Shown: piece by piece, positions 1-14,600 of the stretch
Layout: each line of letters opens with the position of its first letter
How positions within the stretch are numbered: position 1 is the first letter of the stretch
Source: Ophelia neglecta
Lineage: Eukaryota
DNA length: 64,000 bases
NCBI GenBank assembly: GCA_965285935.1
Contig: OZ260661.1
Coordinates: 112,034,001 to 112,098,000, forward strand
Reading direction: 5' to 3'
Notes under the pieces: generated by a model
What the model saw: the letters and a program-made list of their open reading frames with translations, nothing else
What the model was told of the DNA's origin: nothing
The model's database searches: none
Program-made: the position numbers and the translations under genes

Positions 1-584
1 ATATATATATATATCATGTTGAACCCCATTCTCTTCTCTAAGAATATATTGCTTTCACTTGAAGTCTTTTGATATATTTGCCACTAATAGAAACATCATC
101 AATATAAACAAAATGTATCAGTTAAGTCAGTCAGTAGACAAGTCCCTAGAAGATGATATTGTTATTGATATTACAGCAGGTTATCTATAACACTACCTTT
201 ACTGGAGATGCCAGCTGTAATATTGATATTTTATTATGGTTTATTAAAACACAGATGATTTTAGATCATACTTTAATACAGTAATTCTGGGTATGATTAC
301 TTTCAATGGGCAGGTCTACCTCACTACACATAGCCATTCAGCAGGTATTGAAAGTTAGAGAAACTTTGTTCTCAATGACCATAACACGCTTGGCTATGGT
401 TGATCTTCATGCAATGTCAGCATTTTGTTTTAAAAGTGGTTTTTAAGGTAGGAAAACAGTGTTTTATCTAATAAAAAGGTACTTTCTCAGAATAAAATCT
501 GGGAAGATGGGGCTATTTTTGAATTTTAAGAAAGAGTATATTATTGTCTCCATTTTGTATGAGTGTTCAGGGACTTTGCACCTA

Positions 585-761
585 CAGTAAAACTTGTGAA
601 TTGAGACTGCCCAAGGGACTGGAAAATACTTGTCTGATTGTGGAGGTGGTCTGTTAAGACAGGTTATTTACATTGATAATGAGCAGTGTCTTCTTTATAT
701 TAGTGGTCTGAATTGACAGGTTATTTTAATACAAAGGTGGTTTTTGAAGCAAGTTTTAATG
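585..761. mobile_element. Tc1/mariner-pogo type MITE (177 bp)
   Basis: TA|CAGTAAAACTTG ... CAAGTTTTAATG|TA (12-bp TIR with 1 mismatch, TA TSD); internal GTGGTCT...GACAGGTT repeats. Confidence 0.75.
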
Positions 762-1403
762 TATTTATATAAATTATGGGGCAATATTTAGATACAGGCT
801 AGTTGATTGGTTGATTTGTTCCAGGTAATTTTAATTTGTGTAATTCACCACATGTTTAAGGCTTGCATATTAACAGGGTGACAATTGAAAACATTGGCAG
901 CAGTTGAATTTCTTGCTCAATCTAATCTATTGGTACGTTTAAGGTATTGCACGGGAAATTGTTTGCCAGCCTTTGATTTGACAGTAGTCGTTTGGCTCCT
1001 GAAATATCAAACATTCCTTTCTTGTTTAATGTGGTATGTGTTGACAAGTAGTTTTAACTTAAATGCTGACACAAGGAATACTTCAGCTACCTTGTAAATA
1101 AAAGTAGGATTTGCACATGTATCGCACGTCGGTCGAATATCATCACTCAATTTCTAAGGCTATTTAGTAAGATACACTCTCTTTATTAGGTTATTTAGGA
1201 TCTGAGAACTCAATGGCTTGCTTAGTTTCATATTTGATGTAAATAGGGTATGTTTTTGCTGACCGCCTTTTTAACCTCTGTTCAGTGATTCTCAGAGTAG
1301 GATTTGTGTGGCTTTATTGTAATACTATGTAATCCTTGAGATTATAGACCAATGTCTTCAGTCAAACATGCCAGGCATGTATTACATAGTATTACCTGCA
1401 TGT

Positions 1404-1472
1404 TAGTACATGTACATGTACATGTATGTGTACTGTAGGTGTATGTGTACTGTAGGTGTATGTGTATATAGG
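1404..1472. repeat. Short intronic tandem repeats ((TACATG)n and a 17-bp GTATGTGTACTGTAGGT unit)
   Basis: Directly visible. Confidence 0.7.
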
Positions 1473-4400
1473 CAGAAAAGTCTTTGAGCTATAAAACTTT
1501 CCAGATATAAATCTTAGAGGTGAAAGTATGAGAAATTACTAATGGACATAAAGTTTGCCTTTTTGTGTTTATTTGGTATGAATTGCCAGACATACATTGT
1601 ACATTAAATCATCATACACTGTACATGTACATTAATGTAGACCATTCAAATGGGCATGAAGTGAAGGCCATTAGAACTTGAACTTTCCATGAATCCTTGT
1701 ATTCACATTACAGCCTACTGTTGAAAACTTGCAGAGAATCAGTCAGTTAAGATAGCACAAGTGTGTGAGGCACTCTCTACAAAACATGGCACATAAACTG
1801 TAACTATTGGCTAATGTGACATTGTTTTATGTGCATCAAAAAAGATAAAAATTTAATATGCATGGTATAAGTACACCTTGATAAACTGACTTGAACATGA
1901 TGTCACTGCCTAATAAGAGTGTTGCAAATTTGAACAACACGAACACAGGCTCAACTCATTCAATGCTGTTGATAAATGTCTCGTCCAAAATGCCTCTACT
2001 TGCCGAAAAGTCAACTGTGAACAAGGTATTCACCATTGTGCAGAGTGGAATGTTTTGTTGACTGATTTTTTCCAAAGAGAAGTGAAACTTAGGATTAAAT
2101 GACTGGCTTATCTTACTGGCTGTATAGAACCAGGTGATACGAGGCTCTCACTTACCAAGAATAAAATGTAGGTGTGTGGCGCAACGGTGGCCGGCAGAAA
2201 AACCTAACCAATGGAGAGATATTCCTCAGTTGATCAAATCCTGGACTGCCGCTATAGTACTTGTGTTGCTCTGTAACTTGATAGCAATAAACTTCATCTA
2301 TCTACCTAATTCTTGATCTTGAAGGAGTGTTAGTATACATTTGATATGTTCAATGGCACACCAAGACCTAGTTGATCGCATTGCCAGCTCAGGGTTTTTT
2401 CGCTCCATTCAGACGTTATGGCCTGGAGACATATTACACACAGATGGACAATGGTGGGTACTAGTGTTTTCTAGACAAAAGTATTATATAATATACCGAG
2501 CTGGTGAATTAAAAATGGGATAAAATAGGATATGGTCAAATAATGACCTTTTACTGATAAATGACTTCAGATTGTCTTCCCAGGGTAACAAAATTCAATG
2601 AATAAATGGCAAAACTACCATAATGTTAAATGTTCCCTCAAGAAAATTGGCAATATTTCCAGCAGTCACAAACGCCTTGAACATTTTCTTTGAACATACC
2701 TTTTCTTTGTTAGAGTTTATTAAATTTATCTGACCAAGAAGTTACGTTTGTTTACTGAGAAAGAGCATAAAGTAAAAGTCACTTTAATAAATCAAGATGT
2801 TGATTTTACTGATGTAAGTCAGTATATTGTACTTTGATATCAAGATTACTATCAGCAGTACTTTTATCAAATGTTGTGATTTCTCTTATTCTATGTTTTT
2901 TTTTTCTTTTCTAATGACTCTGTATTGAAAACAGGCACTCTAGATGAGATGGACACTTTAATCTGGTTTGATCAAGGTTCACAGTTTGATCTAAAGTTTA
3001 TGATTGTCGGCCAAGTACAAATATGTCATTTTTTTATGACAAAACTCTTTACAAATATAAAACATTACTGTTAGCTGCCACATTTCTGTGTGTAACTCAT
3101 CAGTGCAAAGCATTTCAGATACCAGCTTTTTTTTTGCTAGTAGTATGATGTATGAAGACACACTCTGCTCACAGTGTAATGCTCAGTAGTTGTTGCCACA
3201 TTAACTGCAGTTTGCTGTAGGGGTTTGTGATGAGGAAGGGGATATGTGAAAAGTCACCTTTCAAGAGGGGGAGGAGGTAATTGAATTCATAAAATTCTGA
3301 ATAGCTATGATAGGGGGCTAATGGAAATTTTCAGAATCACAATAATTCCCTCTTCCCTCATTTGTAGCATTTTTGAAAATAAATTACCATAATTCAAAAG
3401 TCATCAGTTTTTAGGGTTTCCTTTATGAGCAGCCTCATCCATTCTCCTCTTGGAATAGCTCAGTTACTGATTGATTGCAGGCCCTGGCTCAAGCAACATA
3501 TAACAGTGTACAATCCTTTGTTTTTTTTTTGTAAGAACCAAGTGCAAGTAAAAAATGTTTATTTTTTGTTATAAATGTTTATATTTTTATAAGTATAATA
3601 ATAATAAAAAGATCTGACTGCCTTGCTCAATTTCAACCCCCTGGATCTCCCATCAGTATGTTTATAGGCAACACTCTTATGCCCGCATACCACTATACCC
3701 CTCCCCCACCCTTCTCATCTAACCCCCGTACATGCACAACAAACTTGTACATGTATGTAAAGTGAGCTTTCACACATAAAGATTGCAGGCTGTGAGAACC
3801 CCAAGCTGATTTTTCAATACAAAATTACAGGTCTTGGACCTCATTATTTAATAGCATAAATAGATGTAAATAAATAAGCTGATTGGTGAAGAGCCAGTAA
3901 AAAGTGTCCAGTTAAGTAACATGTCCCTTTTGTTGGCAGTATTGTCTCTGTCACTGTATACATGATAAAGCAATTCCTTTTACATGTACTAGGTAGGAAG
4001 GGCTGGTGTACTTTTTTTACCTTTTTAAACTTTCTTTTACATACAGGATAACCAGATCCTAAATGATTGTAGCCACGATACCTACTATCAAGTATTTGTA
4101 TAAAAAGCCAGACTTGAGTTACAGTCTTCATCCATTACTTTGAGTATATATTTGATCAGGACCTTCCAGTCTGAATTAATTGATCATTTCATAACTGTGG
4201 GGGCACATCTCTTGGAATTGTTATGTCTAAGTTGCTGCCTAGAAATGGCTGTGTGTGCTTAATAACCGGCCGATTATGTTTGCTGTTCGGTAAAAAAAGG
4301 CTAAGTTTGTTTGCCTTTTGCTCGTCAGTATTCTTTCCTTACTTGCTAGGGGAAGTTGAGTATTGATCAATTTTTTCTTGCTGGTTCATACCATTGTTTA

Positions 4401-5516
4401 CATATTTGTTAATATAAAAGGTTTTTTCAAATTGCAAATCTTTTTGATCATTTGATGTCAGATAAGTATAAAAACTCTCACTAGCTTAAATGTTTATACT
4501 GTCAATCCTTTTCACCTAATACCTATGGCATTGAAAATTATATTGGTTGATCAGGTGTGAGAGTTATAATGTAATCCTTTCCTATTATATCATTGTTATT
4601 CTGTTTAATAAAGATGGCTACTACGTCGTCTTTCCAGTAATACATATATGAGCTTAATCCTTGTCCAGGCCGCTGTCGAGTGCCTTGTTTACTGAGCTAT
4701 GTAAAGAGAAAGTACTCCTTTCTTGTAGTAGCTCCATACAGTCTAGAACTTTCTAGGTATTTTATTTGTTTATTGCGATTTACTAAAAGCTTTGGTTTGC
4801 ATACCTCCACTGGCAGATAATTGGTCCATAGAAAATTCCCGATCGTGCTTAGGTGGCTGTTTTTCATATGTAAATAAGACAGAAGCCACTGGGGGGAGCA
4901 GAAGCGCAATTCCGGAGCACTTTCTCACCTCTGTTTTACTGCTGTGTCCAATGAGTTGATGTATTTGTGATATCACAATTGGAATTAAGTTTTAAATTAA
5001 TCCTGATTCATTGGACACAGTACTCACTTCCAGCCCTGGAACCCTGTTGACGTTTATTTAGTGTGCTAATGAGTTTGCTAGTCATTTGACTGGGAGAATA
5101 GTTGGCATCAGTACACAGTTTAGCACACTTGACACTCAGTAAGAGGGGCTGATTACAGGACTCCCAACAGTCAACCTGTAACAATCAATGGTCACATGAC
5201 ATGATATAGACCGTAGCGGGAGCTAGGCCAGTGAGGTAAACTGAGCGTGTGAGAGGTAAACTCAGATTGTAACACAGTGCACTGTGACTACTAGGCCTGG
5301 TCGGTCACATTTCGGCCTTCTCCGGCACCCACACGCTACTCCTTCCAGACTTTGGACAGTTTTTAAGATGGACAATAGCAGATGATATTTGCTGACTGAC
5401 AATGTGGGTGATTGATTGACAGTGCCCGTAATCCTCAGTCCACCTACAGATCTGTGTAACCAGGTCTCCATTCCAGCATCACTCTTTGACAGCTGTATAG
5501 GAGACTGCCAGGCAGT

Positions 5517-5638
5517 ATGTTTCGACTGTGCTCGCCAAAGAGAAGGTGCAAGTCTGAAAGTCCCAATCGTATTTATCCTGCAATAACTGAGGAGTATGTG
5601 GATGTTCCTCTATATGTATTGGGATACTATGGATCAAG
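5517..5638 (+). CDS. Candidate alternative first (or cassette) coding exon of the giant gene: MFRLCSPKRRCKSESPNRIYPAITEEYVDVPLYVLGYYGS
   Basis: ATG at 5517, 40 open codons, donor AAG|GTAGT at 5639 in phase 2 (matches acceptors at 6732 and 15984), in-frame TGA upstream at 5487, and a locally CpG-richer region at 5200-5340. An acceptor at 5500/5501 is an alternative reading. Confidence 0.5.
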
Positions 5639-8600
5639 GTAGTTTGTCTTAGCTTTAGTCTCTTACAAAAAGGCATCATTAACAATTTATAACCTCTCTG
5701 AATGCACTATATACCTCACCTTACATTGTGAGGAAAATGGTGAAGGTAATAAACCTTTGGTCTAATGAAATGTTGAATATGACATGTGAACTGGTGTTTT
5801 GTGTACAAACACTTCAGAGTCAGTTATACGGTCAGAAAACATTCTCGTTCTTTGCTGCGTATATTTGGTTTTGTTCCTGGTTGAAAAGTGTCTCTCTACA
5901 TTGTAGCAACACTAGAGTTAAGTGACAAGGGTGTTTGAGATTTTAATAACAGATTTAGTAAAGTGAATAGGTTAGGTTCATTACTGGAAATTGACAAGTG
6001 ACAGCAAATTTTCCTCTCCAAATTTTACAGTATCTGTTTATTTTTATTTACAACTGTGACATTGTATAGAATTGTCCATGACCAAGTGCTTTCCTTGGGA
6101 TTAAAACAAACATGGTCATTTTAAATTTTCATTATTTAAGTGGAATTGGTGCCAAAGTTAGCTGGTTCCAAGTATTTAATAATCTGCTGCCAGTTTAAGA
6201 TTATTAGGTTAAGGATGATTGCCCCTGTTATGTACAGGTACCTATTGTGTCTGCTGGTCATTGGACGAACTATTATGTTTATTAGATTATGCAAATCTGA
6301 TTTATTACTATTTCCTATCTGATATATTATCATAATGATAACACTTTATGCCTGATTATCCCTTGTTATGATTCAATTTGATAAAGGAATGAACACGTCC
6401 TGTTTAATCAAGAACAGGTACATGCGAATTAAAGCCAATTTTTAAAAGAAACAATTATTGTAAGTTATAACTATATAGGCCTATTCATCTGATTGGATGG
6501 ATCTTTTTTTACTGTACCTAGCAGTGTAAAAAGAGTCGTTATTTATCCTAGCATAAGCAAGTTCCTTAAAGTAGTACCAGACTTTTCACAGCAGAAACTT
6601 TAATTTTGAGTGCCCAGTCTGACTGCTGTGGAACACAGTTTGGCCTTTATCAAACAAACAACCAATGATTAAGACTATTTATCTATAAAAATGATAATTA
6701 ACGCAAGCCTTGATTACTTCTGTTTTTCCAGGGGATCCAATGCAGAAATTTCAGGGTATGTCTATCAGTGTATAGCATGATTAAAGTTTGAATGAGGTCA
6801 GCATGTACTGTTTGTTTATGGTAATCTTATTATTTGCATCCCTACTATGATAAATAATTGTATTTATGCTGCTGCATTAATTAAAACATGCTGTGCATGC
6901 TTCTATATATATCAGAGAGATCTACTGGATCTTAGTCCATCTCATGTTATTGAATGTGTGATCCAAGTTGAACATCGCAGTTTATTAAAATCTTTCCAAT
7001 CTGTATCAATATTGCATGGACCTCATTGTAGTCTAATACAACAGTCACAAAATCATGTCTTCTCTAAATAGTCAGCATGCCTCGTCTAAATTCCGCCATT
7101 ATTGACCACAACCAGTATATAGAAGTCACTAATACCTGAAATGGTCTTGTAAAGCTCTTGAACGTTCACCCATTGAAGCGTTCATGGCTTATTGTTTATC
7201 AAGCCTGACCAGTTTCACTTGCAGGCTCTTGTAGGCACTTTGTGGATATCCGATTCTTGCGTGATACACTTTGAGATAGGTTTATTGTTATAGCTTCTCC
7301 ATTATGATTTCAAGAGAGGAACCAGAAGCCACTATACTGGTCAGTGTACTCTCCACTGGGCTTTGGTAGAATATTTATAATATGCTGGGCAACGTTATAC
7401 ATGAATACCAGCACTGACCCATTCTGGATTGTGTTGCAAGAAGGGTTATGAATCTACAAGTTTGATATAGTTCCATTCCCTTAATTTTGGAGTCCACCTA
7501 AATAATATTGATCTCAATTAATGTATTGGTTGTTTTGTGGCCTGGTAACTTATCAAGGAACTAACTTAAATACTTATATTATTTATTATCTGCTTTATAG
7601 TGAGTATCTGGACTGTTTATATTATGATAGCCATTGTTCAAGGTACATGTAGTTATGACAGGCAGACACAAATGACCAAGACAAGTGTTTGGTTTGTCTT
7701 ACAGAATAGTATGTCCTATCTCTTATTGAACTGATTGTCTGGTCAGTTGAAAACTATCAGCAAAAACATATATTCATTTAGTCATTATTGACTGTTGCCT
7801 TGAGCTTGCACGCCTGCATTAAGATAAGATAAGATAGGATTTTTGGTTTTGTTATACACACAATTTAAGTCTTCTTGGATATTTTGGTCCTTGAAATCAG
7901 GACTAACTATGTATTTAAGATTCTTGTATTAAGCTGTATATTGATGCTTGAATTTACCAAATCTAATGAAGGGCCATTTAGATAAGTTCCAAATGCTAAG
8001 GATCAACCGAATATAAACTGACCCAAATATATAAAATAATACCATGATAGAGAGGAAAAAATTGGCAAAGTAACACACAATAAGGTCCCCACCCCACCCA
8101 ACCCCAATCCCCCCCCCCCAAAAAAAAAGAGACAGTATCTGGTAGTTGCCTTTGAAAGAAGTAAGGCAATGGTGAAACTACCATTTTCTGTCCAGCTTAT
8201 ATGATGAAACATCTAATTAGAAATAAAAGGGGCCAAATTAAATAACATACTGAATGTACTCACTTTTTTTGACTAGACAACTTGGGTTTCTTAGGCTGAA
8301 ACATGATTTTTATTACAATATAGAAATTCCAGATCTTTTTTTTTTTGAAAATCCACTTAGGGAGAAATAAATGGCTCAAGTATTTTGATGTTACATGTGA
8401 GCCAACCAAAAATAATAATATTTCTTAGGCCTAATGTGAATGAAAATCTAAAAGATGAGAAAGATAATTTTATTGTTAGGCTTGTAAAAGGTTTTTATTA
8501 ATTGTTGTAGTTGTTGTCCTTGTTGGTTTTATATTATAAAAAAAATCCTGCTTGCGAACTTACTAGTTATAAAGCTATTATTTCATAATAATATTGCCTG

Positions 8601-11600
8601 ATTAGAATTTAGCATACTACTTTTTGCATGGCTCTTGTCTATTGATCTACATATCTTGGTGACTATATAAAAGAAGGCATGCACAGGGTACCTTACATTT
8701 TTCATCTGACTGGTGGGAAATTCATTTATGAATTATATTTGAATGTTGGTTTATATGTTCCTTCCTATATATACAGGTAGATAGGCAGGTAGGACATGTG
8801 ACAGAATTAGCATACTCTAGATCAATTAATCTGTTGGTAACCTTATTTTCCAGGTAAACATTCACTGTAATATGTAATGTCTTTAGGATACAGGAAAAAC
8901 ATATCTCCGGTAATCAGGTTACTAGATAAATGTAAAACCCAAGCCCAATCAATGGCGGTGGCAGCTATAGGTAAGTTAGTACTCAACATGTGGTGTTAAC
9001 AGGCCAGTAGAACATCAATATATTAGAGACATATTTTCTGCCACTCATGTAGGTCTACCACTCTGCCAGTTATTTGACATGCCATTGTGACATAGTTTGC
9101 AACAATATTGCAAACATTTTTTTAATGATCATTGAATTTGAACTAAGAATTATTTCGAGCTGAATGCATGTATGCAGTCATGATCTATTAGGCTGCGTTT
9201 GGTTCTTTTTGCAATTTGCTGTTGATATTTGAAGGTAGAAAAGTGTTAATCTTTGCCTGTTTGCCAGCCATTGCCAGATTAGATGTAGCCAGTTGGCATG
9301 AGGTGCTAGGTGATTTGTCAATGGTCATGGCTCATTGATCTCTGCCGTGTTAGAGTAGAGCTATCAGTGTTCCAGGAATCACACCATGTTGACTTGTTGA
9401 CAGAGCACAATGTAGTCATCTCTCTCACAGCAGAGAGGCATGGAGCAGGTGACAGTTTATAGGCTGGTGTTTGTGTAACTCAGATTAGTTGTAAAAAGTG
9501 ATTACCACATATTGATTAGTGGTGTATCAATTTGAACCCTTTTTTTATATCTAAGCAGTAATTGCCAATCACCGGTGCAGATTTCACTGTCTTGTCCTTG
9601 ACTTAAATGTGAACATGAAATGTGACATGAAATAAACACTGATGAGAAAGACAAGTGTAGATGAGGTTAGAAATAACTGACTGTGGCCTAATCATTGTCA
9701 GTAGAATACCAGGGACAGTGTGCTGCTTGACACCCCAGGGAGGATAAGATACAACACTACATGGAATCTAACAGATGAATTTATTATATAATAAAGAGTA
9801 TTATGACTTGCCAAACCATATAAAGAAAGTCTGTTTTTAAATCGATTGTATTGACTTAGCAGCCTATGTTGAAACAATATCTCATGTTGATAAAGGCCTT
9901 GTATCATATACGGCTGTGTGATAAGACATCAAACTATTTCAAAGGCATATTTGTGTATTTGGACGACTTTATTATTGTGCTGAGACAATTGGCACTCTCT
10001 CAATGTTTGTCAATAGAGGTAATTTAGATAAGCTCAGCTATATGATACCTTTAATCCAGTGGGTAAATCCTGGCTGATCCCACAAACATTGTAGCGGACC
10101 ATGTTTATGACCTGGTATACTGGCCTGACTCATCTGGCTCTCTGTTTAGATGTCATTATACATGTTGAGGGCCCTTCACTTGAAGCAGTTGTAATGTCAT
10201 CCTCCAATGCTTTCACTGCTGCTTTCATCACCAGTGATCTGTAGCCATGAGCTTCAACTGAGCACTCTCTTCATCGTAGCTACTTGGTCTAGTGATGCAT
10301 AATTTATTTGGTAATATATATTGGCATTTACTTATATACTTCTATGCTTCTATTAAAATCCACTAAGACATATACATGTGTGTCACATCACCTAACCCAC
10401 CGGTTATGGGGACATTCAGTATGTTGGGGTGCCTATCATATCTTGATAACTGTGGCATGCATTATATCACAATTTGCCAAACACCAACACCTTAAAAGTA
10501 AAGCAAATATTCTCATGGTCCTCAGAGCGGCAGTCACATACACAGATCCATGATTTGGCCATGTTTATGAATTGGTTTATGGGTTAGATTCTGTGTAGTT
10601 TAAATGGCCAAGTTTTAGGACGGAGCAAATTGAACAATGTTGAGGAAAATACTTCTAAAAGCATTTATAGAAAGGCATCTAGAGCTAGGGTACATTCTTG
10701 GATTGGAATTTCACAGCAAACGTCTGAGTAACTGAACTATCAGTATAATGTTATCTTAGTATTGGCCACTAAGTTGCCAGTAATGAGTTTTGGCAGACTG
10801 GCAGTGGTGTTTGAATTTGCAGCTTCTTAATTTGATAGTGTTTAAGCCTGTTCATGTGCCTGATACAGGGAATTAAATTTCATGAAAGCATTGAAAAATT
10901 CCACAATTTTATGAATTTAAAACCAATGGTCAAAATTTTAACTGTTACAGTTTTAAAGGTGGTATGTGTAAACATTTTAGTAAATGAATGTTGACTGATG
11001 AAAAATATGATAATTATATATAAGCTTGCATTTGTATAAAAGTACCAGTTTGACTAAAGTGGTTTTAAAATGCACGCTGTCATTATCAAATGTACCATTG
11101 TGTTCCAGATATTATATCAAATTATATAATATTATAGATATATATATATATATTATTTATTTTATCATAGTTCTTGGCTTTAAATATGGCTTAACATTTA
11201 AGTGTTGATATTGATAATGACTGGTTTACTCTTGTTTCAAGTTGACATCAAGTTATTGAGCTTGCTCTTGCACCCACTGTGAATATTTTGTCCACGTTCT
11301 GAATTCAGTAGTTGGTCGTTTCCTTATCCCACACATTACAACTACCCTGCTCACAGTGCCAAGAACATCCACTCCGTGCACTGCCGCACGAAAACCCAAA
11401 ATAAGAATCAAATAATCCCTAAGCTTAGCACTGCTTCAGATTTGCCCACTTCACCAAACAAGGGAGCTTTTCATGTACATTTTGAGACTTCACAATTTCT
11501 GCTGATTAGAAGCTGATTTGCCATTGGCAATATTCATTTAAGATTGTTTTTAGCTATTGCCATTTACAACATAGCTCATGCATTGATTGAGCTTCCCATT

Positions 11601-14600
11601 GTCTGCTGATTCTTTTGGTGTTTCCATATCTAGTAGAGGGAATCTTTTTTATTAACATGGGGCGAATGCACGGCATGTACAATAATGTATTAATGAGAAA
11701 CTGCTTGTGGTGGTTAGCCAGCAAAATTTGGGAGGACCAAATTTTCTGACCTAATTTATTGTACACAGCACACTCGAAATGAAATATGTTCCCATTTTGG
11801 CATTGGTTAGTGAGGAACATAACTATAACCACTGAGAGCAGGGTACTTACCAACTGGCAGAATAAGTTTGTCGAGTGTTACCAATCAATTTAGTACTAAT
11901 GTAGCACCCTAGGTTGGTTTTATTCATGGAACTAAAGAACAAAATGTAACATGCAAAGCATGGTCTTGCTATGCAATTTCAGAAAAAGCTATAAGTTTCA
12001 CAAATGAAGTTGGTCCTAAAATATTCAACTAAATAACCTGTTAATAGGTAATGAATTAAATCCATATTTAAATTCAGATTAGTACAGCTGACGGCAAAGC
12101 CGTTCATGTTCAATAGAAGGCACGTATACATGTACAGGTGTATGGATTATGGCTAATGGGTAATATTATTATTTCTTACACATTTAAAGTCTTATATGAT
12201 TTTAAACCCTAGACCATATTGAGACAAGTAGCTATGCTATTTAATAGCCTTAACCAGAGAGAGTAGGGAAAAGAAAGTTTAGTTTATAGGGCTGGCTGTG
12301 TTAACGGGGAGTCAAGGATGTAAAATCAACTTCGATACAAGGGTTGTCTGACAGTGTGTTTTTAGATACTGTATACGAGCTTTAACTTCCAATTTTATTA
12401 CCTTTAATTTTTCATGCACAAACTTCGAATAACTTGGTAGTCGTCTCTTAACTTGTGGGTGCTTTTTTTCTTTTTCGGTTCTATCTACCGATGACTAGGA
12501 ATTTGGTGCAAATGGTGTGTTCAATACAGGTTTGTTTGCTGTTCAGTACATGTATAGGTGTAAAACGTCTGATTGATTAAGTAAATAGTGTCATGGGTAT
12601 GGAAAGTTTTAATGAAGTTTTTATCGCTCTATGGTACTGTCTTTCAACTTACACATTACATTAACATTGGTGAAAGTATTCTGTTTGCTTTATTAGTCTG
12701 AAAAGCTATGTAAGTTATCAGTTATCAGACCTTATATTGATTAGCAGTCACTTTCCCTCACTCAGACCTAGGAAGGCCGGTACCACTCAGTAGACATCTC
12801 ATAGCAGCTTTTATCATTCTATTTACCAAATCATATCAATGATCCCTTCGTTTTAAAGTAGGCATCGTAAAGGCTTTCCTTCTTAGCACAGTAGTCAGGC
12901 AACATCAAAAGCTTAAAAAGAAGCTCACATACATCTCGTCAATTAGAAGTATTTCACAAGGTTGCAGTTCTGTATACTAAATTTATAGGTGATTGCTTTG
13001 AGGCAGACATCAATTGGAAATCTATAAATGAAATAGTTTTTTTCTAGAATGAGTATAGTCAGATTCATTTCGGCAGATCAAATAATAAAGTCTACAATAT
13101 TGTAGAGAACAAAGTTTCAGTGTGTAACAAACCGCTGATTAAATGGTCCGTCAAAAACCAAACAAAGAAATGGCACTCGATATCTGAAAAAAGAGAATTT
13201 TCCCCAAACTAGATGGACATATTAATAAGCTCACCCAAGTTGTTTATGAATTTCTAGTGTGTATTTTGTTCAAGTAAACAATATAGCCTTGTGGTCGTTT
13301 TATTGCACAATTGCAAAACTTGGGACAGGAACACTGTAGTTATAAACCCATTCAAAAGATAGCCATCACAACAGTTAGCTATTGTTCTAGGGATTTATTG
13401 ATGATTTTGCACAGACAGAAATGCCTGTATGATGGGATATATTATTGAGTATGCTGTTTATGTAAATTTTTAGAGAGCTATCAGTTATCAGCAAGTCAGG
13501 TACTCTTACTGGTGAAAAGAAAGAGAAAGTACATTGTTCATAATCATACAGGTGTCTTCCCCCAGTGGGGGGTCGGGTTGGGGGGTGGAGATTTTTGGGC
13601 TTGTAGGAACTTCTGGATATGGTAGCCCCAACACCCCTTCATGCTGCATTCCCCTGATAGTACCACCACCCCCAATCCCCCCCCCCCCTTCTACCCCTGT
13701 CCCATTACATAAATTCTAGGCCTGCCAGTGTTTTTACTCATTCACTCTTTATGTTGAGTATTGTATTGCTTTATTTGGTTTTCACAGTATAATCAGCCTC
13801 CCCCACAGAGAAGCTGTGGCAAAACTTTAAATTAGATTATATTTCCCGGTGAATTCCATTGGATGTTGGTAATGACTTTGGAAATCTTAATCCGTCTAGC
13901 CCTTATTCTGACCCTCATTGCTATTAACCAAATCATAAGTGCCATGTCTTAATTCAATCATGTTGATTGCAATGAATAAAACATGCAAACATATCTGATT
14001 TAGTTGACAGCCACAATCACCATAGGTGTTAAAACATAACTAGTCAGATTTTTATTCCTCATGTTTTTTAAGGTGTTAATTACATTACCGTTAGTCTAGA
14101 CTACTGGTGTTACGGAAGCCCATGGCATGAACATTCCAGTTGTGTGAATTTGATCTTTGACAACCTGATACATTAAAATCTCAATGAATAAATTCACTTT
14201 GAATGCTAATGCCTAACTGGTGAAGAATTCGAGATTAGAAAAAAAGTAATACAATTTATCACCAACAATTGTAATCGCACTTACTACATGTTAGAATTTC
14301 AAATAGTATGTTACCACTCCAAATGATCATACTGCGCCTGCCCCACTCAGAGCTTGATCTGATTTGTGGCAAATAAAGTGCTACCAAATCTGTACTGATG
14401 TATAGATCCAATTATGACTTATAGCTTTTCGGATGGCTTGTTGCCCTGAAGCTGATGGTTCTAGCACTCACAATGAGGCTCAGTAATGCTGCTAATAAAA
14501 AGTTGTGGCAAAATCAAAATCAAATTGAAATCTTTAAAAAAGGTTAAATTATCATTTTGTAGTGGTATACTGGTGCACAGCCATATTTCATAGCATGTGT

